Assembly: GCA_046563655.1 (NCBI GenBank)
Contig: CM102288.1
Span: 2,728,001 to 2,792,000 of the forward strand
Length of the DNA stretch: 64,000 bases
Origin: Yuukianura sp. NJ FZ-2021
Taxonomy: Eukaryota
Direction of reading: 5' to 3'
In this document: positions 39,837-52,200 of the stretch, one piece after another
Layout of the letters: each line of letters opens with the position of its first letter
How positions within the stretch are numbered: the first letter of the stretch is position 1
Notes under the pieces: generated by a model
What the model saw: only the letters and a program-made list of their open reading frames with translations
Told to the model about the DNA's origin: nothing
The model's database searches: none
Position numbers and translations under genes: made by a program

Positions 39837-40000
39837 GCTCAGAACCCATGCTCGGCCTTCGTCTTCCATGAGCCACTGCTAACACTTTCACTTTCACCCC
39901 CCTAACGTTCATCCCTGTTTTGAAAATTGTAAAAGTGGCAGTGGTGACAGTCTTTTGGTGGCTTTGATTTGCCAAGTCCCACTACATAAAAACTCGCTCA

Positions 40001-40238
40001 ATGGCTGAAGACTTTGAATTTCACACTTCAGCTGAAGATGAGTACTTGGTTTTTACGGAGGGCCCTTTATCTACTTTTCCTCCCTTCAACTGTAGTCCGA
40101 GTCCCTTCGAAAGTGGTGGGGAGTTTAACTGCAGTGGAGAAGGGGGCGGGGGAGACTTTTCTGAGGGTGAGGAGCCTCTACTCTACAGTGTTTTGGTGGG
40201 TGTCGTGCTCGGCCTTGTGATTCTTGCAACAATTATAG
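40001..40238 (+). CDS. 5-HT1: 5-HT1 receptor coding exon 1: acidic N-terminus (two NCS sequons) and TM1
   Basis: MAEDFEF...LYSVLVGVVLGLVILATII, then donor G|gtaagc at 40239 (phase 1). Confidence 0.9.
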
Positions 40239-43200
40239 GTAAGCGCCAATTTCCAAAATTCAGTTTCTTAAAACACTTGAATACTTTTTTTTTTGTTACT
40301 AAATCCGAATTCTTAAAAATTCGAAAAGCTTAGATCCAAAAGTCAAACTTTCTCCACCATTTCAAGGCTATGAATTTTTCCACACACCTTGTTTTTCTCC
40401 TTTTTTAAAAACAAAAATTCGAAAGCTAGCAAGAAGTCAAGTTCTTCAGCTACTTTTTCCTGCCGAATCCAGCGGATAAAAAAACATCCCAAAGGGGTTC
40501 AGCATAAGGATTTTGAAAATGGAAAATTTAAAAGCAGCAGAAGTGTTAGCCTCTTCTCCCGCCAATGTTTAGTGTTAAAAGAACCAAAGTCATAAATCAG
40601 TCGAAGTAAAAAAAAAACGTTACTCGTTTCTGAACGAAACAGTAAGAAAACTACTAGTACTAGTTTCGGTTAGTGGTGAAATAAAAAGAAAAAGCAGCAT
40701 TTAGAAATTTCAAATGGTGTTTCTGCGGTGGTGAAAGTGGATTTCTTAGAAGCATTTTCCCGCCTTTCCCCTTTCATCTCCTTCCCAACCTTTAAAATAA
40801 CACTCTCATTTCCCCATCCATCTAATCTCTTAGGCAGACCTTCTCTGGGTGGTGTAACACTAAAACCTGCCCAAATTGGCTCTCTTTCCTCCTTCTCCGT
40901 GGATTACACCAGAAAAAGCATTTCTTTTAAATACCAATTTGTCCTGGGAGAAAGTAAGAGAAAGGAGAAATGGTGCCAAAATTTGAAAAAGGAGAGAGCC
41001 AAGTACCCCTTGGTCCTCCAGAGTAATTCAGTTCTTTATAAATGACTTGAGGAGACACAAAGCAGACGAACAGGGAAGTTCATCCTTTCCACTTCAATTC
41101 CTTACCCCCGATCCAAACTGTCACATTACTTTTATAGTCAACTAATAGCAAGATTTATGGAACAATTCAAACAACCACTTTTTCTTAAGCACAAAGACAA
41201 TAGAGATGAGAAGATTGAAAAGGCGAACCTAATGGGAACTCATCTAACCTAACAATCTAACGACTCATAATGACAAAAGTAGGGGGATAAATATTGACTG
41301 ATTTTGAATTCGTTTAAAAGTGCCTAAAATGCTTTAATTAGGAATGGAAAAATCCGAACAGTTGCGATACAATTTCTTTCCGTTTAAGATTCGGAAAACG
41401 GAGAAAGTTGTCTTACTCTTATTGCTATTTTTACTATTAGTTTATTTTAAAAAAAATTGTTTTTACTAGTTTTTGAAACGTTGAGGTTCAACAGAAACTT
41501 AGAATTTTGCACTCACCAATCACCATACATGAAATTTCTTTGAAAAGAAAATTCAATACTAACGTCAAGAAATGTTTTTTTAATTGAATTTTGGTGATGA
41601 AAATTACCCCCGTAGAAAAAGTCATAAAACCGTTATAAAGGAAGTTAGATTTTTTCGTCCTCTGCAGTAAATCATGCCCGATTTCTGATCTCGCATATAT
41701 TTGAAACCACTTTTTTCTATTTTTTCACGCCGAGCACTTTCTCCTGCCAAATTTATGAACTCGGACAAGATGATCATGAATATTTAGCAGAAATCGAAAT
41801 GGGCTCAGCTCAGCCGAAAAAGGAAGGAAAAAAGGCCATTAGGTTTCTCCTCTAACTTCTACTACGGCACTGCGGATAGGAGCAGCCAAGAAACAGTAGA
41901 AATCCAATTCCCAGGGAAAAAGTGGCTTTGGATGAAATTCAAACCTTCCCTCCATTCACTTTCTCCGCCAAACATAACCTAACGGTTACCTCCATCGGTA
42001 GGAGTGATATCGGCATCAGTCATTCTATAGAGTTACATAACGACACTGGTATGGGGGATGCAAATTGGCTATGACTGGCCCATGTTCCCCTCACATTCAC
42101 TTTCCCATTAACAAATCAAATCCCAAAAGTGGAATCATTTCCACCAAAACAAATTTTTTAAGAGGTTTGATCACAATGGATAATAAACCCGACAGTTACA
42201 GTCACTGACTTCAGTTCAGTATAGTCTCCCTAACAGTAATACACAACCTAACTTTACATAAACTAACATAACCTGGTAACGTAACATAACATAGCATAAA
42301 CCATTGTTGGTGGAAGGAAAACCTAAAATTTATAAGTTAGGCGTTTGTGAAGCCCTATTCAAGTAAACCAAAACGTAGCGGCACAACACATGTACATAGC
42401 TTGGTTGAAGTAAACAAATCTAGCGGCACAAGGCATGTAATCCGGTTGAAGTAAACCAAATCCCATAGCAAGAAAACTCACAACTGGATGTAGAGCGTTG
42501 AATGTTATTGTACAATACAAAACTCCCTTGAAGTGAAAAAAAAACTTGGTGTTAAAAAAGAAAGTACGGCTCAAATTTCGAAAAACTTGAGTGAATTTAA
42601 ACGAAACGCATCATATTTCGAAATTTCGCAAGTTAGAATTCATTCAAGACTGTTTTGTTGGCCTCCAAACACTTCCAAAATCCACTTTCCACTAAATTAA
42701 TCTTCCCCTAAGTCGGATGTAAATTACGCTCATATTTCCCCCAGTAACGAAAGCTCCTCGCTTTAATTTTCTCATTATGATGCTTCCCACTTTCCCACAC
42801 TTTCACCGGAGCCAGAAGATACACAAAACCTAGGCGCCAACAGTTCTGCACTTTTGAAACAAAACAGAACGTTAATTTTACAACGCACAGTAGGTTTACT
42901 TCTCAATTTTCACCACAATTCCTACCATAAACGGAAACAAAAGCGGAGAAATGTTAACCTTGTGACCTACATTCCAGCTCAACTTTACCGCCACTGGCCA
43001 CTTCTGTTGTTTTTAAGCTAAACTGAACCATATGCAACTTAAAGTTGGACTGCTTGTTAAGGCATTTGAAATTTTGAAGCAATTGTTCTAGAAATTGTCG
43101 ACGTTCTTTTGCTTTTTGCTGTTGTTGTGCTTATTTTTCAATTTTTCTGAAAAAGTTTTTTTAGAATAAAATTTTAAGAAAACTTTGTAAGAGAAAGCTT

Positions 43201-46200
43201 AGGAAAAATGAAAATGTCACGGCGGGATCAAACACGAGCCGAAGTTCCTAATGGCAGCTTAACATGTTGAGTTAATGACACAAGAAATTAGCGAAGATCC
43301 TAATCTCGAGATTAAGAAAATTTTGAACATAAAATTACTAATATCAACAACCAGAATAGACGTTTCCCGCGAAAAAAAAGGCAAGCATTATCGTCATTTT
43401 TCAAAAACTAAATTTCTCCCACATCTTTTTTCAAGTTTTTGCCACACATACATCATAACCCTCTAATTAAATTTTCCGAATTGACTAAAAAGTCAGATCC
43501 AGAAGCGATTTTGTTATTTCAAAATTACTTTGCGTGCTTCCGCCCACTTTCTCTTTTCCAAATTGAGGAGAAATATGAAGTGAACCCAGGGAATTCAAAC
43601 AGATCAAATTCAAAGCAACATGTAAGTAGTAAATGTAATACATGTGCTTCAGGGTGAAAAGATGAAAAGTGTATGAAAACTGAAAAGTGATATATGAGAA
43701 ACAAAATTATGCACCAAAAACATGATATGCATGTGACGACAATCCTTCTCCCAAAAATTCCATTTAAAAAATTGCGTCGCATAATGTTAGAAATTGAAAA
43801 ATTCTCAGGTCTTTTCTAAATTCCCTTTTTGGGCTTCCGTATTTTGTAAAAACCCACAAAAGTTAAAAATGCTCTTGGTTTTATTTCTAAACGAACAAAA
43901 AAGTAGAACTAGAGCTTCTGATTTTCCTTTGCTCCCTCTGGTCTTCATTCAATTTAATTTGAGACGCATTCCCTTTGTTGTCTCAAGTCATTTCACTCTC
44001 CACTTTCACTTTCCCTTTCACAGAACAAGAAAAAAGTCTCACTGTACTCCTAACCTCTTTCCAGAACGTAACCTATGACCCAGACTGGAATTTAGAGCAA
44101 ATGACATACAGAAAGTAGGGCAGACGAGGCTACAATTTAGAAAGCTCAACAGAACTATACGTGAACTATAAGAAATACCTGCAGAAATACTCGAAATACT
44201 GGCAGAAATACTGGAAATACTGGCACAGATACTTGGTTACTGGAAATTGTTAGAGGTGTGAAGGCCAATGTTGAACACAAATAAGAAACTGGACTTTTAC
44301 AAATAGAGTTTGGAGTGTCTGTCAACAAGATGGGTGTGTAAAGAGGGGGACATTAGTGCCAAAAAAACAAGGACCGCCATCAATCACCGTCTTAACACCA
44401 ACTTAAGATTACAACACTTAGATTCATGGACTTCCACTAACTTCAACTCCAAGTTTTAATTACTATTCTCACGCTCTAGTTTAATTAACAGCTCTATTAG
44501 TTAAGTCTGTCACTTTCCAGGAAATTTAAAAAGTTAAACAATTAAAACTGCCCTAAATTACAATTTTCAATTCCGACATAAATTTAGTGCCGAAAAAGTT
44601 ACACTTTCACTTTCACTTTTACTTTCACTTTTTGAAAGTAATTTTTATAACGTGCAAATTTTTCACTTTTGAACAAGATTTAGGATTTCTAAAAATGAGT
44701 AAAGAAAGGCGTGGCGCAACATCACAGAACTGATGTAATCTTTATACCGTTAAGAACACGCCAAGTTGGAAAAACGCGTTTGGATGTGTAAGGTCAAGGT
44801 CACGGTCACACTTTTCTCTTACCAAAAAATAATCGAAAAGTGAAACTTGAACTTGCGACATTCACAGAAAGCAAAGAAAAAGTTTTTTTTCACAAACTAA
44901 TTCTTTCTGATTACTCCCGATTACTTTTCCAACGCTCCAGGTTTTGGTCTATATCCAAAGTTCAAAGAAATACGATAGAAGTTACTCCTTCAGTGTCACT
45001 CCGAGCACACCTACCTCTAAGTCACTCATTTTAGCTCAAGGCTTAGCCCTTAGTTTGACTTTTACAGGGATTTTGGAATTTTTTCTTTCAGAAATAGTTT
45101 CTTTGCATGCTCCATTTCTTTCTTATTTCATTGGATCTCAATTGGTTGTGACGGGAGAGACTTTGTGCATACCTTCACAGAAAAAGAAAAGAGCAGAGAA
45201 GGCCCAGCGGGAGAAAGGCAGGAGAAATCCCCTTTCGAAACCCATGTCACGAAACAGATTGAAGAAAGTGGATTTTTTGGTTTCTGACGCGGGAAAAAGA
45301 GCGGAATAAAGGTTTGGATTGGCAGCGAAAGATCAATTAGGACGTCTATTCACAGAATCACGTCTTTAAAACTGCCTCCGGAACATACCTCAACTAAGAA
45401 ATCAAAAATAGAACGACTAGAGAAAAACTAAACAAACACTTTCTGCTCAGCTCGGAGAAAAAATAATCTTTTCTCAAACTGTTTTCATTGTTTGGCAAAA
45501 AATAAGATTTTTTACACCACCCGCTTCACGAGTGCCTACGTGCCAAGTTTTGGTGAAAGTGGACCTGAAAGTGATTCTTTCAAAACGAAATGACTCAAGA
45601 TTAGGCTAGTTTCAGGGTGAATTGAGTAGTGATTGACTAAGGCCAGTTAACTTAACAAAGATCAAATTAATTGATGATTCTCAACCCAATTCAGAAAATG
45701 TGCCAAAACCAAAACTGTGCCTCAAAAACAGAAAAAATTTGCCAAATTCATAAAAAATTAAAAAACATTCATCCATTTGATTTACTAACATTTGTCATCG
45801 ACGTGAGTGTGACATGCTAAACTAAAAGATGCGAAAAAACGAAATGAGCTGAAGTTTTCATAAGTTCTTTCCAATGGCACAAAATCATCGAATCTAAAAA
45901 ATTTCAGATTTATTTTGGGCAAAAAAAGTAATCTTTTGGGCGAAAATCCAAGGAATTCTCTTCAATTTTCTGCTACTCAGATTACATTTCGTTAGAGCAG
46001 AGCAAATGGATTCGACATGAAACAAATGCTCTATTTGCATTTATAGGTGATAAGGTACTTCTGGTCTATTTTTTGGAAATCTTCAAAAAAATTCACTCAT
46101 CGCATCACTTGACTTTTTAAATTCAGAAATAACTTAAATAGCATAGGGAGCTACTCAATCTTCGTTTTACACCAGTCACATCTGTTCTAAATTTTCGCTT

Positions 46201-49200
46201 CTTTTTTATATTTCGTCCCTAGCGTCTACTAAAAAGAAGAACTCTTTTCAAATAGAATTTTTTTAGAAACTGCTAAAAAACTATGTTGTGTTTTCTTTAG
46301 TTTCGCCGCTAACTGATCGCTTCAAATCCCACTCTCTTTTCTCGGGTGTCCAAAAAACTAATTTTAGCCTAGAAACCAAAACTGCCTAATCCAAATCTGT
46401 TGACATTATCTTTTTCTAAAAAAGTCCAAAAGCCTTTTCTAAATCTCAAAATGTGTTCTGAATTGTAAACAGAGTTCATCTCACTAAAAGATCAAAGGAA
46501 TCCGAGCATACTATTAATTCCTCTAACACTTCCCCGTATGCCGCTCGTCCTTCATCTGCCATTCGCTTTTTATCAAACTAGGCACCAAAATTGTTCCTCC
46601 AGGACAAAAAAAAAGAGAAAGTTTATGAGTTTTGGCACAGAAGGAGCGGAAAAAAGGCATCTCAAAATTCAGATCACAAAAATTTGGAAAGGGCAAATAT
46701 GCCTCCGTGAAAAAATGTACAAAGGAATTAGAACACTTTAGTTTTTTCCTTTGTTTTTTATTACCCCTGCAGCAGTAGAGTTGTAAAAGAAGCGGACAGG
46801 AACTAACTTTTTGTGTGCCAAAAAGATGAAAGGACAAAAGAGAAAGTTTGTAGTGAAAGTGAAATTTTTATGATTGGATTCTCGACTCTCTGCTTATTAA
46901 CTCATATGGTTCGCTGCCTTTGTCAGAGTCGTAACTCCCTCTAGTAATTACTAACACACAAAACTTAGTGTATGGGTCAAAGGTCACCAACTGTAGCCTA
47001 CTAAACTCCAGCCAATCTGCTCACACATGGCACTCCATAAAAATATGATCCCAGAATCCAGATACCTAACCTTAGCCTAACCTTTAGCCCTAAACCTAAC
47101 ATAAAACGTGTTTCGCATCCGGGAGATTTGGAGATTCCAAATTCATTTCGTGTAACTTACAAGCGGCTTGATTAGAGAAAACAGGCGATACTTATCAGTT
47201 CATTTGCTTCCAAGTTGCAAACTTTCACTTTTTTGTTGTACCGCTATAAATTAGTTTTCAGGAAAATCATAAACCTAATCTACTAACCTGAGTTACGTTA
47301 CGTTATGTTGTGCGGAAAAGCGGAATTGACCTTTGTATGTATGTTTATTGGGGGAAGCAGTCACCTATATTAGTTAAGTGTCTGACTCACGACGAGTATT
47401 CGCTTTAAGAAATTGGCCCAACTTTTTTGTTTGCGCAAGAACTTTGAAATTGCCAGAATAAAACAAATGCAATGCTTCATTGAATTCAATTGAAGTTAGT
47501 TAGGACCTAACTAGACAGATCATGCACATCCTGCAGGAGCCGAATTCTGTTGAAACATTGCTGTTACTTTATTTTGGAAATTTCTTTCCTCAAAAAAATT
47601 CAGCAGACTAAATTGTCAAGTCGGTCAAAATTGGCCAATTATAGTGACAGGGTTAACGTTTCTGTAGTTGAGCTAAGGCAGCGTTTACACTTAACCAAAC
47701 ACAACTTGCTTCAATTTAACCGAATTAGATTTTAGCTGCAACCTAACCGCATTCCAACTCCTACAAGTGAAGAACTGGAAAACAGAAGGAGATTGATGGG
47801 TGCAATACACTCTGACAAGGGAGCTTGAGCAAAAAGTGAAGTGGGATACGCACAAAGGATGTTGACATGTCACAAATTTGACATGGACATGACAACGTGT
47901 CTGACTGACTGGCAGCTGAATTACGTCTACTATGCCAAAAGAGAAAAAAACTCATTCACACTCAACTAATAACTTCTCACCTAATCTCAAAGAAAAATTC
48001 AAAAACTCTTTCCTTAGAAAATCCATTTCGAAAAACTTCAATCTCTTTCAATACCCCTTCAAATTTAGACAGTTAAGAATCAATCCAGCCAAAATACCCG
48101 GGTTTTTCCAAATTTAAAGAGTTATCAGATTCACAAAATGCACAATTCAAAAAGAAATTGCCAGTTGAAACTAGAATTCGGGTTTTCCATTTCCTTTCTT
48201 TTATAGTCCTTTGATCGCTTTGCCCCCCGCAGGCCTTTCAAATACACATTTTTTCTCTCCCACTGTACAAAAAGTGCTGGACTTTCACCGTAGTGCTTCA
48301 AACTTTCTCCTACACCACCGCCGGACATTTTCACAACAGTCTCTGTAGTAATTTTCGTGTCTCTCGTGGGCGTGTCACTAATGGTCTCCACAGCTTCATT
48401 ATCCACCTCCTCCCCCTTCCAAACCTCCGATCCAAGTATCCATATCCAGCTCACATAGTTCCGCTTTCCCTGCTTACTCCAAATACCTAACCCAACCAAC
48501 TACTCTTACAAAATAACCCAACGTAAGTTTCAGTAATAGACTTAACCAATCCATTCCTTAATGACAACCTCACCACACACAGTAATCTTCTGTCTCGTCG
48601 ACTTACATGAAGATACAAAAACCTACGCCTGGTCTCCTAGCAACGCGCACTAATGTCATTCTACCCTTACCGACCTGGATTATTTCGTTCTCTAAATAAA
48701 ACCTACGCTTAGCACTTTAATCCAACCCATCCGCCTCAGATTTCATCCCAAAGTTAATTTTTTTTACTCTATTTACTCTAACCTCCTGCCAGCGACACAA
48801 TTACAGCCTCAGCGGAATTACTCAGAGGTCGAGATCACACCAAGTGCTGAAACGCGTGACCTTGTTTTTGAAAGAGTCATGGACTTGGCCCATTGACAAA
48901 AGACACGAGGATTTGCTGGAACTACCTCCCTGGGGTCATTTCGACACAAGCAGAGTCCTTGGACTTAAAAACACTAACAATATCATAGAAAAGCTGCCAG
49001 GAGAGGAAAGGACTTATTTGCGTTGTATATTTTCGGCTGAAAGTAACTAAATGCAAGTTGTACCCAAGGAGTTTTAGCCAGAGTGAAACTTAAGCCCCCA
49101 AACCGTCTAAGAATGAGGGAATAATAGTTTCTTGGAACTTTTACTACGTATAGTAGTACCTCAGGTGTTGACTAAGATTTTAATTAAAACCTAACATCCA

Positions 49201-52200
49201 TTCTAAGTTCCATGCTGATACTGCTGATGCTGGATGCTGGAGGCTGACTAATGCTGCTGAGAGAAAGCAGTTTTTGAAAGTGACATTCCCCAAGGAGATT
49301 CTTTGCTTCAAAGAATTAAGGCATCCCACTTCCTTTTTTTGTAAAAACAGCAATTTCAAGGATTTCTGTAGAAAAAAAGCTCGTTTTTCTACTTTTTTGG
49401 ATTTGAAAAAGTGAAAGTAATAGAAAAGTCAAAAGGGGAAGGCGTGAGAAAGAGAGGTAATCGCGGATTAATTTAAACCCCGTTTTTGCAGCACAAAAGC
49501 TGTAAAAAATGAAACAAGGAAAGAAAAGAGTTTTTGTTGACAGGTTATTCTTGGTGTTGAATAATGGGTTGTTAAAAAGTGCTTTTACAATGCAGAGAAA
49601 GCAACTCCTACGCTTTTCAGACCAAAAAAAAATGACAGGTTAATTCCACTTGACCTAAAAATGTGACAACCAGATTCTCAGAAAATGAAAAGAAAAGATT
49701 ACTGAAGACGCTTCCTATTTCTCTGTCTCGACAAATTAAGAAACGACAAAAGTTTTTTTTACAAAATCTAAAAATAATCTGGAAGAAATTTCAAGGTATT
49801 AAATCTACTTTTAGCTTTTGTTGAAGTTAATCCGCCGTCGGTAGATTGTAACCTCCCACGCTTTCCAAATCAGACAACGCGTGTAAAGCTGTAACTACCC
49901 CTTGTCATGTCGTAAAAACACCTACGTGAGCTTCAAGCAAAACCTAACCTTCAAATGACCTTACTATGTCCAAAACCTACTACGTTACACGAAACTTTCC
50001 ATGTTCATACGCACTCGTACGGTGAAAGTCGCTATTTTTTGTATTTGAGTTCGAATGAACACAAATACGGTAGTAGCGTCTTGCTCACTTCAACCAGTCA
50101 ATATACAAATTTCGACCAAAGGTAAAATTGACAAATTTTGAAAAAATAAACATTGACCAAACTGAGAAATTTATGCTATTCTAAAAAAAAACTTTCCATT
50201 TTATAACATTAAATTCAAAAACTAAAGTTTTAAGCCTTTCTTAGAATCGCTTTCAAAACTATAGGTTCAAGAAAGATTGAAATAAATTTTTTAGTTCAAT
50301 CTGTTGATACTACGGAACGCAGCTCTCGAAAATCTTGAATAGAAAACAAGTGCTCTGAATTGAGAGCTTTGGATTATTACTTGGCCCCACTTTCTGGCCG
50401 TTAGGTTAAGCTAAACCCAAAAGAGTTAGGTTAGATTTATCCCATTTATCAAAGCCCTTCGTTTTCCCTCTGCTCTCGCTCTCCCTCTCTCCTGCTTGTG
50501 GCAGCACCAGTTCAAATCCGATTAGAAAGTCGAGTGAAAGTTGTCAGTTTGGAAAAGTTTTTATTAGGTCTCCCTCTCCCGCCTACCTACTTTCTCTCCT
50601 CCGCTTCATCACTTTCCAAAACGAACAGCTTTTGAGAACTCAACCAAAGGAAAACTTCAAGACCTAAGCTTGAATTCCTGGAAATATTCCTCCTGTATTA
50701 TATTTTACAAAGTTTACTAAATTAGACAGCCTCAGTTTCATTCTAAACTAAAACCTGGTCTGGAAAACTTAAAACTTTCTCTTAATAAATGAAAATTATG
50801 GATCAGGAGTTTTCTTGGGATCCGCAAATTAGGAAACCAGAGAAAGCTCTTCAGCTTTTAACCTTAAATGCTCAAGGACCTAAAAAAAACTATCCTGTTT
50901 CAACTTTAACTTTTTAAACTAAAAAATAAGAGCCTGAAAACTTTTTCCCAGAAATGTCAAGTGAGTGAAAAAAAAGGAATCAAGAAAAGTTTTATTTTGG
51001 AAATCCCAAAACGGGATTTTAAACTTTTTATTTTAACTCTCGACCTGATTTCCCTTTCTCAATCTCTGTCGCTTTCTCTTCGCGGTTGAAAAAGTCAGAC
51101 TTACTTTCACTCAAATTCTAAACAACTTTTTCACAATCCACCACAGTTCCTTTTACTTTAGCCTCGGATTAGGTTAACTTTATAAAAAAAAATCCAATTT
51201 TGAAAGTTCCCGAATTTCAAATTTGACCTGTCACTTTCTTTTTTAACTTAGGGAATGTGTTTGTGATTGCCGCAATTTGGATGGAGCGAAACCTGCACTC
51301 CTCAGTGGCAAACTACCTCATTCTGAGCCTAGCCGTGGCGGATCTAATGGTGGCTTGTCTCGTAATGCCCCTTGGAGCCTACCAAGAAGTATCCACCAAG
51401 TGGCTCCTCGGCTCCACCATGTGCGACATGTGGACTAGTTCGGACGTTCTTGCGTGTAAGTTGAACAAACTTCTACTATTCTTATGCCGGAAATTAAAGT
51501 TAAGATTAGCCTATCCAAATAATTAACCTCGTCAACATCCAACTTCTCCGTCGTCATAAATCTAAAGTGCGCCACTCATAAACGTAGTCAGGACATTAAA
51601 ATTTACTAGTCATTTACCCAAATTCCTCCTTAATCTTAACTATTTTGTACATTTGTACTACTAAACGTACAAAATTTGTAAACAAGGAAACATAAAGTCA
51701 TCATAACTTTCTCCCGCCAGCACCAGAATTTAAATTGTTGGAATTAGAGTAGCAGGAGAGAAGGGGGTTGATTATGATTGGACTTTAATGATGAATTATG
51801 AGTCCAAATCACCTCAACGAAGAGGAATTATGTCCATTTAATTGCAACAAACACGCAACTAACTACTGTGAGAGGGAATTCAGAATAAACATTGTGAAAA
51901 CATGCAAAGGCAAGTGCCACTGGGATTAGTCATCTATCACTTCACTTTCACCTAAAACCTAACTTTCACTAGCCTAAACAAACGACGTAGACAGAAGGGC
52001 TTAACTAACAAAACCATAACAGATCAATCAAAATACTACGAAATCGTGAAAACATGCTGAAATTTGGTGACAAACTAATCTTCTGGGCTTCCGGGTTGGA
52101 AGTGAAGTGATTTTTTTTTACATTTGGGGAAATTTTTGAAACAATTCGTCAAAACTAGTAAAAATTTGCAAAAAGTGTAATTCTCACAACTAAAGAACAA

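Noticed and set aside
40239..40333. ORF read-through after exon 1 (likewise 51456-51526 after exon 2)
   Set aside because: It follows a consensus GTAAG donor, so it is intronic and has no family similarity.
42361..42462. Repeat-spacer-like structure
   Set aside because: Only ~2.3 contiguous units, an ordinary local tandem duplication.
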